DNA of 64,000 nt from positions 640,001 to 704,000 of the forward strand of contig JBBRLQ010000001.1 of assembly GCA_038231275.1 (NCBI GenBank), given 5' to 3'. A program made the translations under genes and the position numbers. The DNA comes from Polyangiales bacterium (GTDB lineage Bacteria > Myxococcota_A > Polyangia > Polyangiales > Polyangiaceae). The notes under the pieces are model-generated. The model did not search any database. It worked only from the letters and a program-made list of their open reading frames with translations, and had not been told where the DNA came from. Below, piece by piece: positions 1 to 10,154 of the stretch (its first letter is position 1; the number at the start of each line of letters is the position of its first letter).

Positions 1-1653
1 CTCGAGCGCGCCGCGAAGGGCTACGCCAAGCTCGGGCAGCACCACGAAGCGTCGCTCGCCTACAAGCAGCTGACGAAGACGAAGAAGGACGACGCCGACG
101 CGCTCTACGCGCTCGGCCGCGCGTACGAAGCGCTCCAGCGCGATCACGACGCGGCGGAGGCGTACAAATCCGCGGCGGTCACGCGTCGCGCGCCTGCGGA
201 CGTCCACAAGCGGCTCGCCGCCGCGTACGCGCGCCTCGAACGTGTCGAGGACGCTGTCGCCGCGTTCGCCGACGCGCTCGCGGAGGATCCGGCGGTCGAG
301 ACGCTCGACGCGCTCGGTCACCTCGTCGCCGCGCACGGAAAGACCGGTGCCCTCGTCGGCGCGCTCGCCACGGCGCGCGCCGCGCATCCGAAGCACGCCG
401 AGGTCGCGAAGCGCCTGGGCCTCGCGCTGCTCGAGACCGGCAAGATCGCGGAAGCAACCGAGGCGCTCGAGGTCGCGACGCGCGAAAATCCGAAGCTCGG
501 CGACGCGTGGCGTGCGCTCGCGGGCATCTACAAGAAGGAAGAGCGCTGGGAGGATGCGGCAGGCGCGCTCGAGAAGAGCTTCGCCACGGTCACACCGACG
601 GCGACGGAGTACCTCGATCTCGCGGCCTCGTACCGGGCGCTCGGACGCGTGCGCCAAGCGCGCGACGTCGCCACGAAGGGCCTCGCCCTCGCGCCCGATC
701 ATTTCGCGCTGCACCTCTTGCTCGGCGATCTCGGCGCCGAGATCGGCCGCGACGAGGACGCGCTCACCGCCTACCAGGCCGCCCGTAAGAAGGAGCCCGC
801 GTCGCGCGACGCGCTCTACGGAATCGCGCGCTCGCAAGCGAAGCTCGATCGACACGCCGAGGCGCGCGATGCCTACCGCCTCATCTTGAAGTCCGCGCCC
901 GGCGAGGCCGACGCGTGGGTGGAGCTCGGCGCCGCGTGCGAGGCGCTCGGCGAGCAAGAAGACGCGATCCTCGCGTGGAAAGAAGTCGTGCGCCTCCGCC
1001 CGAAGGAGAGCCTCGCGTACTACAAGCTCGGCGTCGCCTACCAGAGCGCGCAGCACTGGGACGAGAGCGCCGCGGCCCTGCAGCGCGCGCTCCGCATCCA
1101 GCCGGATCTCGCCAAGGCGGACTACTTCCTCGCCGTCTCCCTCCTCAAGCTCGATCGCACCGAAGAGGCCGTCGCGGCATTCGAGACGGCAGTGAAGAAG
1201 GCCCCGAACGACGCGGCGCTCCAGACCGCGCTCGCCTTCGGGTACCAGAAGCTCGATCGCCTCGAGGACGCCGCCGCCGCGTACACGCAGGCCGTGAAGC
1301 TCGGCGCGAAGGACGTCCAAGTGCACACGAGCCGCGCGCGCGTCTTCGAGAAGCTGAAGCGCCACGCCGACGTCGCGGACGCCTACCTCGAGCTCGGCAA
1401 GCTCGAGCCCGATCGCATCGAGCACCACCGCAAGGCCGCCGCCGCGCTCGTCGAGCTGCATCGGTACAAGGAGGCCATCCTGCCGTACCAGCAGGCCGTC
1501 ATGCTTGCCCCGAAGGATCCGGCGCTCAGGTACGACCTCGGCGCCTGCTACGTGAAGCTCGGCAACCACGCCGCCGCGAAGAAGCAGCACGAGGTCCTCG
1601 TGACGCTCGACAAGCCACGCGCCGAGCTCCTCCTCTTCATCATCGGTCCTTAG
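1..1653 (+). CDS. TPR-repeat protein (5' end lies outside the window)
   Basis: Frame 1 is open from base 1 (LERAAKGYAKLGQH...) into the listed 649..1653 ORF; many TPR units (ALYALGRAY, AWVELGAAC, AYYKLGVAY, LRYDLGACY). Confidence 0.9.
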   Translation, partial: LERAAKGYAKLGQHHEASLAYKQLTKTKKDDADALYALGRAYEALQRDHDAAEAYKSAAVTRRAPADVHKRLAAAYARLERVEDAVAAFADALAEDPAVETLDALGHLVAAHGKTGALVGALATARAAHPKHAEVAKRLGLALLETGKIAEATEALEVATRENPKLGDAWRALAGIYKKEERWEDAAGALEKSFATVTPTATEYLDLAASYRALGRVRQARDVATKGLALAPDHFALHLLLGDLGAEIGRDEDALTAYQAARKKEPASRDALYGIARSQAKLDRHAEARDAYRLILKSAPGEADAWVELGAACEALGEQEDAILAWKEVVRLRPKESLAYYKLGVAYQSAQHWDESAAALQRALRIQPDLAKADYFLAVSLLKLDRTEEAVAAFETAVKKAPNDAALQTALAFGYQKLDRLEDAAAAYTQAVKLGAKDVQVHTSRARVFEKLKRHADVADAYLELGKLEPDRIEHHRKAAAALVELHRYKEAILPYQQAVMLAPKDPALRYDLGACYVKLGNHAAAKKQHEVLVTLDKPRAELLLFIIGP

Positions 1654-1728
1654 AGAAGCCGCCAGCGGCCCGACGTTTTCGAGCAACTTTCCGCCGCCCG
1701 TGCCGATGGGGCCAGCGGAGGGTGAGTC

Positions 1729-2232
1729 ATGGCGTCATTCGCGAAGATCGTCTTCGGTCCCGGCTGCCCAGAGGCGCTCCGTGTCGCGATCCACCACGCC
1801 GAGCGGCTCGCCGCCGCGACTGTGCGCGCGCACGCAGAGCTCCGCAGGTTCGTGCCCGCGCAGCAAGTCGAGCCGGGCGCGCGCGAGGCGTGGCTCATCG
1901 GCCGCTCCGACGAGATCGAAGCCTTCGTCCTCGACGTCCTCGACGACTGGCGCGGCCGCGCGATGAAGACACACGAGGCCGTCCACGCGCTCGAGCGCTA
2001 CCTCGACGCGATGCACCGAGGCATGGCCACGCGCGTCACCTTCGGCGCACGGCCTCCGTGCTGCTCGCTCGACGATCTCATCACGCGCGAGGCCCCGCCG
2101 CTCAGCGACGGCTACACGGGCGGCTTCGACAACGCCGCCACCCTCGTCTCCACATCTTCTATTGCATGCACTGTGCAGACACCGCAGGTGAGAACACCTC
2201 GCTGGCCTGCACGTCTTGGACGTAGCTCTTGA
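1729..2232 (+). CDS. Hypothetical protein
   Basis: 167-aa ORF with normal codon bias and a GGAGG/GAG-like SD upstream; its 3' end overlaps the convergent gene by 74 bp. Confidence 0.6.
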   Translation: MASFAKIVFGPGCPEALRVAIHHAERLAAATVRAHAELRRFVPAQQVEPGAREAWLIGRSDEIEAFVLDVLDDWRGRAMKTHEAVHALERYLDAMHRGMATRVTFGARPPCCSLDDLITREAPPLSDGYTGGFDNAATLVSTSSIACTVQTPQVRTPRWPARLGRSS

Positions 2233-3628
2233 GCTTCTTCTTGTCGTCGAGGAGATCGCTCGTGAACTGCTTCAAATCGATCCCGAGCTGCGGGATGTCG
2301 GAGCCTTCCCACGGCTTCTGCAGCACCTTGGTGGTGTCGGTCGGCTCGATCGGCGGGTTGCCGATCGGCGGGATCGAGACGCAGTGGCTGCAGTTGTCCG
2401 AGCGGAAGTACGGCAGGTAGTACGCCATGTTCGGGTAGCCGTCGTACGTCTTCATCAGGTCCGTCATGTCCTGCCACCACATCGTGTGGATCTGGGTCTC
2501 GGTCGAGCCAGGGAAGAAGCGCTGGTACGAGTAGAGCGAGTAGTTCAGGTCCTGGTGGTAGGCGACGAGGCTCAAGCGATCCTTCGGGTACTTCTGCGCG
2601 AGCGCCGCGTTCATGAGACCGAAGTCGGCCTTCAGATCGGCGGCCTTCACCGGCAGCTGCCCTTCGAGGCTGTCGAGGATCGGATCGATGTTCCACGCCG
2701 ATCGGATCTTGTCGTGAAGCTGCTTCGAGGGGCCGGTCGAGTGGAAGATCGGGCCCGAGTCGTCGAGCAAGTACGAACACTGCACGCCGGTGCCCATGCC
2801 CGAGCGGATGAAGTGGTAGTTGATGAAGCCGCCCGCGCCGCCTGCGCTGCACCCGGTGACGAGCATCTTCGGGACGGTGACCTTGGTCGCGAACGTCGTC
2901 TTGAGCCAGTCGATGACCTTGAGCGTGTTCGCGTGGCCGGCGTGGTGGAAGAGGATTTGATCCGCGCCTCCATCGCCGCCGTCCGAGCCGCCGTCGCCCG
3001 CGCCCGCGTCGCCGGCCGGCGTGCCCGTGTACGTGATGGTGTTGTTGCCCGTGTGGATGTCCCCGGTGCAATACGAGACGAAGACCATGTTGTAGGCCTG
3101 CGCCGGGTTGTCGTTCGAGCGGCGCAGCAGGTTCAGGTACTGGTAGTTCGACATGTGGTCGTCGGGGATGCCGTGCGGGTTGGCCGCGCCGCGCGTTCCG
3201 CCGTTGCCGGTGCAGCTGTCGTAGTCCCAGCACGCGCCGCCGGGCTCGAAGCTGACGACGAGATCGTTGCTCGTGTTCGAGTAGTTCACGAAGAACTTGA
3301 ACTGGCTGCCGTCGCCGCAGACGGTGCCGGGGAGCTCCACCTTCAGCCACGTGCCGCACTGCGGGAGCGTGGTGTTGTTCGCGTCGGTGGTGCAGCGATC
3401 GGCCGGCACCGCCGCCGATTCGTCGGGAGCGCATGCGGTGGCCGAGGCCTCGGAGCCTCCGTCGGTCGTGCTCTGCCCGTCGCCGCCGCCGCCGCCGCCG
3501 GTGTCGGTCGTGCCTCCGTCGGTCGTGGTCCCGCCGTTGGGGGTCGTCGTGGTGCTGCAGGCCTGGGCTGCGAATGCGCCGCAGGCGAGGACCCCCGAGA
3601 GAATGAGTCCGGTGGCGGAGAGCTTCAT
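2159..3628 (-). CDS. Pectin acetylesterase/Notum-family lipoprotein
   Basis: Start MKLSATGLIL...AQAC lipobox; motifs CGDGS, FEPGGACW, YCTGDIHTG and GCSAGG (nucleophile Ser). Confidence 0.85.
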   Translation of the reverse strand: MKLSATGLILSGVLACGAFAAQACSTTTTPNGGTTTDGGTTDTGGGGGGDGQSTTDGGSEASATACAPDESAAVPADRCTTDANNTTLPQCGTWLKVELPGTVCGDGSQFKFFVNYSNTSNDLVVSFEPGGACWDYDSCTGNGGTRGAANPHGIPDDHMSNYQYLNLLRRSNDNPAQAYNMVFVSYCTGDIHTGNNTITYTGTPAGDAGAGDGGSDGGDGGADQILFHHAGHANTLKVIDWLKTTFATKVTVPKMLVTGCSAGGAGGFINYHFIRSGMGTGVQCSYLLDDSGPIFHSTGPSKQLHDKIRSAWNIDPILDSLEGQLPVKAADLKADFGLMNAALAQKYPKDRLSLVAYHQDLNYSLYSYQRFFPGSTETQIHTMWWQDMTDLMKTYDGYPNMAYYLPYFRSDNCSHCVSIPPIGNPPIEPTDTTKVLQKPWEGSDIPQLGIDLKQFTSDLLDDKKKLKSYVQDVQASEVFSPAVSAQCMQ

Positions 3629-3695
3629 GGGGCTGCAAGCTACCTGACGCGCACGCGAGCGCAAATCCGAACCACGTCGGTGTACTCTGATCGTG

Positions 3696-5225
3696 ATGAC
3701 CGACGCGCCTGCGCCGCCCGCCGCGGAGACGGCATCGCCGCACGAGCCGGCGGACGAGCCGCCGCACGAGCCCGACCGGGAGACGCTCGGGCGCAAGCTC
3801 GCCGAGGCCGGGACGCTCAGCCTGCGCGAGCTCGCCGAGACGATTCGTCGCGCGTGCGTCGCGCTTCAGACGGAGCACGACGCGGGCCGCGTCCATGGGG
3901 ACCTGCGCCCCGCCAACGTGCTCTTGCATGGGCCCGCCGGCGACGTGAAAATCCTCGGTTTTCCCGGCGTGGACGCGCCTTCGGCCGTCGACGGCGAGAC
4001 CACAGGCTCGCCGTTTTATCGCGCCCCCGAGCAGGTGAACGACGAGCACGTCGACGCTCGAACGGACGTCTACGCGCTCGGCGTCATCCTCTATGAGGCG
4101 GCGTCGGGCGAGCGTCCGTTCGTCGCCGACACGCTGCCACGGATCGCGAACCTCATCCGGGAGGGAGAGCCGGTGCCCCTCGGCGCACGACGCTCCGAGC
4201 TTCCCGAGACCTTCGTCGACGTCGTCCGCAAGGCCATGTCCGCTCGCCGAGACGATCGCTACGCATCCGCTCTCGACCTCGCCGAAGCCCTCGCTCCCTT
4301 CGCCGCCGCCGATGCCGCGCCCGTCGCCGCGCCCGAGCCCGAGCACGTCCGCGAGCCCGAGCCCGAGCACGTCCGCGAGCCCGAGCCCGTCCGCGACCCC
4401 GACCCCGTCCGCGACCCCGAGCCCGTCCGCGACCCCGAGCCCGTCCGCGAGCCCGACCCCGTCCGCGAGCCCGACCCCGTCCGCGACCCCGACCCCGTCC
4501 GCGAGCCCGACCCCGTCCGCGAGCCTGACCCTCTCCCCGAGCCCGTCCGCGAGCCTGACCCGCTCCCCGAGCCTGTCCACGAGCCTGACCCTGCTCCGGG
4601 TCCTGTTCGCGAGCCCACTCCGGTTCCGCCGCCCCCGCCTTCGCCGCCGCCCCCGGTTTCCGCACCCGCGCCGCCTTCTCCTCCCGCGCCAGTCGCTGCG
4701 ACGGCGATCACGCTCCCCCGCGCGCTCTCTCGCCCGCCGCGCCCCACGCCCATCCCGGTGCGCCCGCATCTCGAAGGCGTCGCTGCGTGGAAGCTCCTCC
4801 TCTTTCTCGTCGCCGCGTCCGGGGTCCTCGGGTACCTGCTCATGTGGAACGGGCCGAGCACGGCTGCGCCGACGCACACCCCGATCCGAGCGGAGATCCC
4901 GCCCTCGCTGCCGTCGCCTTCGTCGCCCGCCGTCGCGGTGCCCGCTCCGCCGCCGCCGGCTCCCGCGGCGCCACCGACGCCGCCGGCGGCCACTCCCTCA
5001 GCCCCGTCGCGACCGGCGCCGACTCCGACTGCGCCGCGGCCGCCGCCGACGCCGACCGCGACTCCGACCGCGACTCCGACTCCGACTCCGACTCCGAGCG
5101 CCTCGACGCCCTTGTCGTCGTCGCCGCCCGCGTGGCTCACGTCTGCGCCGACGGCGTCCGCGCCAGCGAAGCCGAAGCCGAAGCCGAAGCCCAAGGTCGA
5201 GGACGCCGGGGCGAAGCAGCCTTAG
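3696..5225 (+). CDS. Membrane Ser/Thr pseudokinase (C-lobe only) with EPDPVR repeats, one TM helix and a Pro-rich tail
   Basis: [18 protein letters not shown] and [11 protein letters not shown] are present; there is no Gly-rich loop or VAIK Lys, and DFG reads [25 protein letters not shown]. Confidence 0.8.
   Translation: MTDAPAPPAAETASPHEPADEPPHEPDRETLGRKLAEAGTLSLRELAETIRRACVALQTEHDAGRVHGDLRPANVLLHGPAGDVKILGFPGVDAPSAVDGETTGSPFYRAPEQVNDEHVDARTDVYALGVILYEAASGERPFVADTLPRIANLIREGEPVPLGARRSELPETFVDVVRKAMSARRDDRYASALDLAEALAPFAAADAAPVAAPEPEHVREPEPEHVREPEPVRDPDPVRDPEPVRDPEPVREPDPVREPDPVRDPDPVREPDPVREPDPLPEPVREPDPLPEPVHEPDPAPGPVREPTPVPPPPPSPPPPVSAPAPPSPPAPVAATAITLPRALSRPPRPTPIPVRPHLEGVAAWKLLLFLVAASGVLGYLLMWNGPSTAAPTHTPIRAEIPPSLPSPSSPAVAVPAPPPPAPAAPPTPPAATPSAPSRPAPTPTAPRPPPTPTATPTATPTPTPTPSASTPLSSSPPAWLTSAPTASAPAKPKPKPKPKVEDAGAKQP
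4333..4620 (+). repeat. Coding tandem repeat, mostly 18-bp units (gagcccgaccccgtccgc) encoding (E/D)P(E/D)PVR
   Basis: More than 10 near-identical units are visible, in frame within the pseudokinase. Confidence 0.9.
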
Positions 5226-5246
5226 CGCGCGCCGTCAGCCTCGCGC

Positions 5247-5648
5247 TCAGCCCGCGCGCAGCAGCGCGATGACGTGCGCGCCGACGGTGACGGCGATCGC
5301 GACCGCCGTGATCTGATGCGCGCGTCGCTTGTCCTTTCGCTTTCGCAGGCGCGGGTTCCGAAGCTGAAGGCCGACCCCGACGTGCGCGACGATGACGAAG
5401 AACGCGAGCCCGCCGGCCGCGAGCGCGGTCATCCCGCCGCCGAGGGCGCGTGACGTGCCGAGCACCGGCACGGCGGTGAGCGTGTGCCCGAAGGCGAGCG
5501 CAGCGGTGGCCATGCCGAGCGAGGCGTGGATGCGCGTGGGCGCGGAGTCCGGCGCCGCCCGTCGCTTCTGCCGCAGCCACTGAATTAGCGGCAGGCTCGC
5601 GGTGACGAGGATGAACGCGATCGCGATCCACCCGCTGATGAGCGCCAT
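5247..5648 (-). CDS. Small 4-TM membrane protein with several intramembrane His residues
   Basis: Four hydrophobic segments; His in RIHASLG, GHTL, AHVGVG, RAHQI and AHVI. Confidence 0.75.
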   Translation of the reverse strand: MALISGWIAIAFILVTASLPLIQWLRQKRRAAPDSAPTRIHASLGMATAALAFGHTLTAVPVLGTSRALGGGMTALAAGGLAFFVIVAHVGVGLQLRNPRLRKRKDKRRAHQITAVAIAVTVGAHVIALLRAG

Positions 5649-5711
5649 GGTTCGGTCGTATAGCGCAATCTCTGGCGCGCGCGCGCGCGTCGTGTCTCTA
5701 CAATGGCGGGC

Positions 5712-6452
5712 ATGCGGAGGCCGTTCGCGCTGCTCGTCCTATTCCTCGCCGCAGCGCCGTCCGCGCGCGCGGACGAGGAGCCGGAACCGTTCGGCCCGTC
5801 GTCACCCGCGCGTGCGCACCTCCTCGTCGGCGTCGAGCGCCTCGCGGGCGTCGCCTTCGCAACGGTGCGGGACGAGCGCGTGTATGGCGCGGAGCACTAC
5901 TACCCGAAGCAGTCGTTCGACGCGGTCGGTCCGTGGGGACTCGGTCGCGAGCCAGGCGCCTACGTGTTCCAGGCGCCGCGCCTCGCGGTCGATTGGGTCA
6001 ATCGAGGGACGACGCTGGGCGCTTCGGCGACGATCTGGCCCGCCTCCACGTCGCGCACCGGCGCGGGTGACATCCGCGCGCTCGACACGCGCGTCGTCGT
6101 CGTCGCGTTCGCGCCGCGGTTAGGCTGGCTCTTCTGCGATTCCGCGCGCGTGTGCTTTTGGCCGAAGGCAGGCGTGACGCTCGCCTACCAGCACGCGACA
6201 CAGACCCTCGTGGGGGCCGATCCCGCGTCGTCGACGTTCACCGTGACCGGCACCGCCCAGGACTCTCTCGTCACGATCGATCTCGAGCCGACCCTCCTCG
6301 TCGGCCTCGCGCCGCACGTCGCGCTTGCCGCCCAGGGGGCGCTCGACGTTCCGCTCGTCGCGTCTCGCCAATTGAGTGGGGTCTCCGCGCCGACCAGCGA
6401 TCCCTCGCCGTGGAGCCTTGGCGCCTGGTTGGCGGTTCACGTGTGGTTCTAA
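5712..6452 (+). CDS. Outer-membrane beta-barrel protein
   Basis: Signal peptide ending ARA, alternating beta-strand pattern, C-terminal aromatic motif AVHVWF. Confidence 0.75.
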   Translation: MRRPFALLVLFLAAAPSARADEEPEPFGPSSPARAHLLVGVERLAGVAFATVRDERVYGAEHYYPKQSFDAVGPWGLGREPGAYVFQAPRLAVDWVNRGTTLGASATIWPASTSRTGAGDIRALDTRVVVVAFAPRLGWLFCDSARVCFWPKAGVTLAYQHATQTLVGADPASSTFTVTGTAQDSLVTIDLEPTLLVGLAPHVALAAQGALDVPLVASRQLSGVSAPTSDPSPWSLGAWLAVHVWF

Positions 6453-6487
6453 TGCGATCCGCCAGGCCGCCCGGGGCGACCTCGGAA

Positions 6488-6518
6488 TTGCGTGAAATTC
6501 GAGAGGAATTTGACGCAA
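6488..6518. promoter_or_regulatory. AT-rich inverted repeat (candidate operator) upstream of the GH25 lysozyme gene
   Basis: TTGCGTGAAATTC-gagag-GAATTTGACGCAA, with 12 of 13 arm positions complementary. Confidence 0.45.
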
Positions 6519-6596
6519 ACACGCAACGTGGGTGGAAATGTTCAATGTGACTACACGGTAGGACATTGGTACACCATGTGCGTTGAGCTCCTTCCG

Positions 6597-7439
6597 ATGC
6601 TCAAGCACGCTGTCGCTCTCCTTGCGCTCGCCGTCGCCGTCTCTGCCACCGCCATCGCGTGTGGCGGCGCCTCCTCCTCGTCGGATACGAGCTCCGACGA
6701 AGGCGCGCTCAAGGTCTGCGCGACCGGCACCACGCTGAAGGGGATCGACGTTTCGTACTACCAGCAGAAGGTCGACTGGGCGGCCGTGAAGAGCTCCGGC
6801 CGCGCCTTCGCGTTCATCCGCGTCAGCGACGGCACCAAGTTCGAGGACCCGCGCTTCGACGCGAACTGGAGCGGCGCTCGAGAGGCCGGCGTCGTTCGCG
6901 GCGCATATCAGTACTTCCGGCCGTCCGAAGATCCGGTCGCACAGGCAAACCTGCTCGTCCAGAAGATGGGCGCGCTCGAGGCGGACGATCTGCCGCCCGT
7001 CCTCGACGTCGAGGTCAGCGAAGGCGTCAGCGCGCTTCGCCTCCAGGGGAAAGTGCGCACGTGGCTGCAGACCGTCGAGGCCGCGACCGGCCGCAAACCG
7101 ATGGTCTACACGATGGCCGGCATGAGCGGCAGCATCGGCTCGTCCTTCACCGACTACCCGCTGTGGGTCGCCAACTGGGGCGTGTCGTGCCCGCGCATGC
7201 CGTCGAAGTGGGGAGGGTGGAAGTTCTGGCAGCGCTCCGATCGCGGGAGCGTCCCCGGCATCCACGAGAAGGTCGATCTCGACGAGTTCAACGGGACGAT
7301 GGCCGACTTGCAGGCGTTCATCGCCGAGACCGGCGGCGGCGCGCCCGACGCGGGCACCGACGACGATGGATCGAGCCCCGATCTCGGCGACGGCGGCGTC
7401 GATCCGACCGCCGACGACGCGAGCGCCGCTACCGACTGA
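6597..7439 (+). CDS. GH25 (Chalaropsis-type) muramidase lipoprotein
   Basis: Lipobox AIAC; GIDVSYYQ, GAYQYF, LPPVLDVE (DxE), LWVANW, FWQ and VDLDEF. An alternative start lies at 6576. Confidence 0.9.
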   Translation: MLKHAVALLALAVAVSATAIACGGASSSSDTSSDEGALKVCATGTTLKGIDVSYYQQKVDWAAVKSSGRAFAFIRVSDGTKFEDPRFDANWSGAREAGVVRGAYQYFRPSEDPVAQANLLVQKMGALEADDLPPVLDVEVSEGVSALRLQGKVRTWLQTVEAATGRKPMVYTMAGMSGSIGSSFTDYPLWVANWGVSCPRMPSKWGGWKFWQRSDRGSVPGIHEKVDLDEFNGTMADLQAFIAETGGGAPDAGTDDDGSSPDLGDGGVDPTADDASAATD

Positions 7440-7454
7440 GGAACGGTCCTCGCT

Positions 7455-8684
<1,230 letters not shown>

Positions 8685-8919
8685 TCCGGCAACATGGGGC
8701 CTCGACGGCCGGGACGTCAATGCGCCCGGCGTAACACACCCATTGGGGCGGTTTGGAACGCTTTTTGTTCCCTCTAGGGCAAAGCTCAGTTACCCCCGTA
8801 CATCCGTTTGCGGTCCTCCCGAATTGAATCGGTCGCGGTCGAGCTTCGTCCGACCCGGGCCCCAAAAGCAGCTTTCTCTCGCAGCACCCCTTCCCAATCC
8901 GACGTTCACTAAGGAGCCT

Positions 8920-9294
8920 ATGATGAAATTTCGAGCCCTCGCACTGTCCGCTGCCGTTCTCTCGCTGGTCGGCGTGTCCCTCTTCGCCTGTTCGTCCTCG
9001 AGCAGCGCGGGCGCCGCGGCTGCTGCCGGCAATTGCCCGGCCGTCGGCTCGAAGGCCTGCCCGAACGACAACGCGATCACCCAGGCGGACGCCGACGAGT
9101 GCGCGAAGTCGAAGGCGGACGCGACGTGCGGCGGCAAGTACGTCGACTACCTGAAGTGCGCGGGCAGCAACGTCGCGTGTGACTCGGGTGGCAAGTACGA
9201 CCAGACGGCCGGCCAGAAGGCGTGCGGCACGCAGCTCACAGCGTACACGCAGTGCGTGATCGGCGGCTCGGGCGACGCCGGCGGCGGCGGCTGA
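8920..9294 (+). CDS. Small Cys-rich lipoprotein
   Basis: SD AAGGAG; lipobox LFAC followed by SSSSS; 8 further Cys; C-terminus GDAGGGG. Confidence 0.85.
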   Translation: MMKFRALALSAAVLSLVGVSLFACSSSSSAGAAAAAGNCPAVGSKACPNDNAITQADADECAKSKADATCGGKYVDYLKCAGSNVACDSGGKYDQTAGQKACGTQLTAYTQCVIGGSGDAGGGG

Positions 9295-9324
9295 TCTCCC
9301 ACGCGTAGAATCTCTCTCGGGAGG

Positions 9325-9363
9325 AAGCTCGTCGGCTGTCGGTCCGACGAGCTTTTTCCTTTT
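9325..9363 (+). terminator. Rho-independent terminator
   Basis: Stem AAGCTCGTCGG/CCGACGAGCTT followed by a T-rich tail, 30 bp after the stop at 9294. Confidence 0.8.
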
Positions 9364-9421
9364 GTGGGGCCTGCGCGGTGCGCGTTGACCGGCTGAGGTC
9401 GGTACGGATACCGTCGTGCCC

Positions 9422-10141
9422 ATGCTGCTGAAGAGCCGATTCGCCGCCCTCTCCGTCCTGGGTCTCCTCGCCGCGTGCGGCGGCAACCCGCCCACGCCGG
9501 TCACCGCCGAGAACAGCGTGCCGACCGCGCCGAGCACGCCGACGCCGCCGACCGTGCCGACGGACACCCCCGCCACGTCGGCCACCGCCGCCGCGAAGGA
9601 TCCGCCGACGCCCGCGAAGCCGAAGGACTACGACGATCCCCACGAGACCGAGCACGGCGCGACCATCACGATGGCGCCGCTCCTCAAGAAGGGCCTGAAG
9701 ACCGGCTTCCCGAAGAAGACGATCGGCGACAAGGAGTGCTGGCAGGGCACGTCGCTCCAAGGCGACGCGAAGGCCGACTTCGACACCATCATCAAGAAGT
9801 GCGGCGGCCCGACCGGCCTGCAGGAGTACGCGAAGCCGATGCTCGGCAAGCTCCACCACATTCACGACAAGCGCGACACCTACAAGCTGAAGCTGTCGGG
9901 CGGCATGTGCTACCGCTACTTCGCCGTCGCAGACGCCGGGATCAAGGATCTCGACATCCTCGTGACGAAGCCCGGCGGCGCGCTCGTCGCCGACGACAAG
10001 ACGTCGCACCCGGTCGCCATCATCGAGTTCGACAAGAGCTGGTGCATGGACGACGACGCCGACTACGAGTTTCACATCGAGGTCGACGGCGAGGGCACCG
10101 GCAACTACATGTTCGGCGTCTGGGCCAAGCCGAAGGGCTGA
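9422..10141 (+). CDS. Lipoprotein with Pro/Thr linker and beta-sandwich-like C-terminal domain
   Basis: Lipobox LAAC; PT-rich linker; GGMCYRYFAVADAGIKDLDILV motif. Confidence 0.8.
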   Translation: MLLKSRFAALSVLGLLAACGGNPPTPVTAENSVPTAPSTPTPPTVPTDTPATSATAAAKDPPTPAKPKDYDDPHETEHGATITMAPLLKKGLKTGFPKKTIGDKECWQGTSLQGDAKADFDTIIKKCGGPTGLQEYAKPMLGKLHHIHDKRDTYKLKLSGGMCYRYFAVADAGIKDLDILVTKPGGALVADDKTSHPVAIIEFDKSWCMDDDADYEFHIEVDGEGTGNYMFGVWAKPKG

Positions 10142-10154
10142 TCGCTCGCGCGGA

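Noticed and set aside
4333-4620. Possible CRISPR array
   Set aside because: Units are adjacent with no unique spacers, are in frame within a CDS, and no cas genes are present.
2112-4877. 921-aa minus-strand ORF and similar long Arg/Ala-rich ORFs (e.g. 28001-30244, 49301-51889, 51496-54180, 58618-60771)
   Set aside because: Shadow ORFs caused by stop-codon scarcity in high-GC DNA; they overlap well-supported genes and lack motifs.
8754-8769. Sigma54-like TGGAACG-CTTT-TTGT upstream of the 8920 lipoprotein
   Set aside because: The -12 element lacks the conserved GC, so support is too weak.
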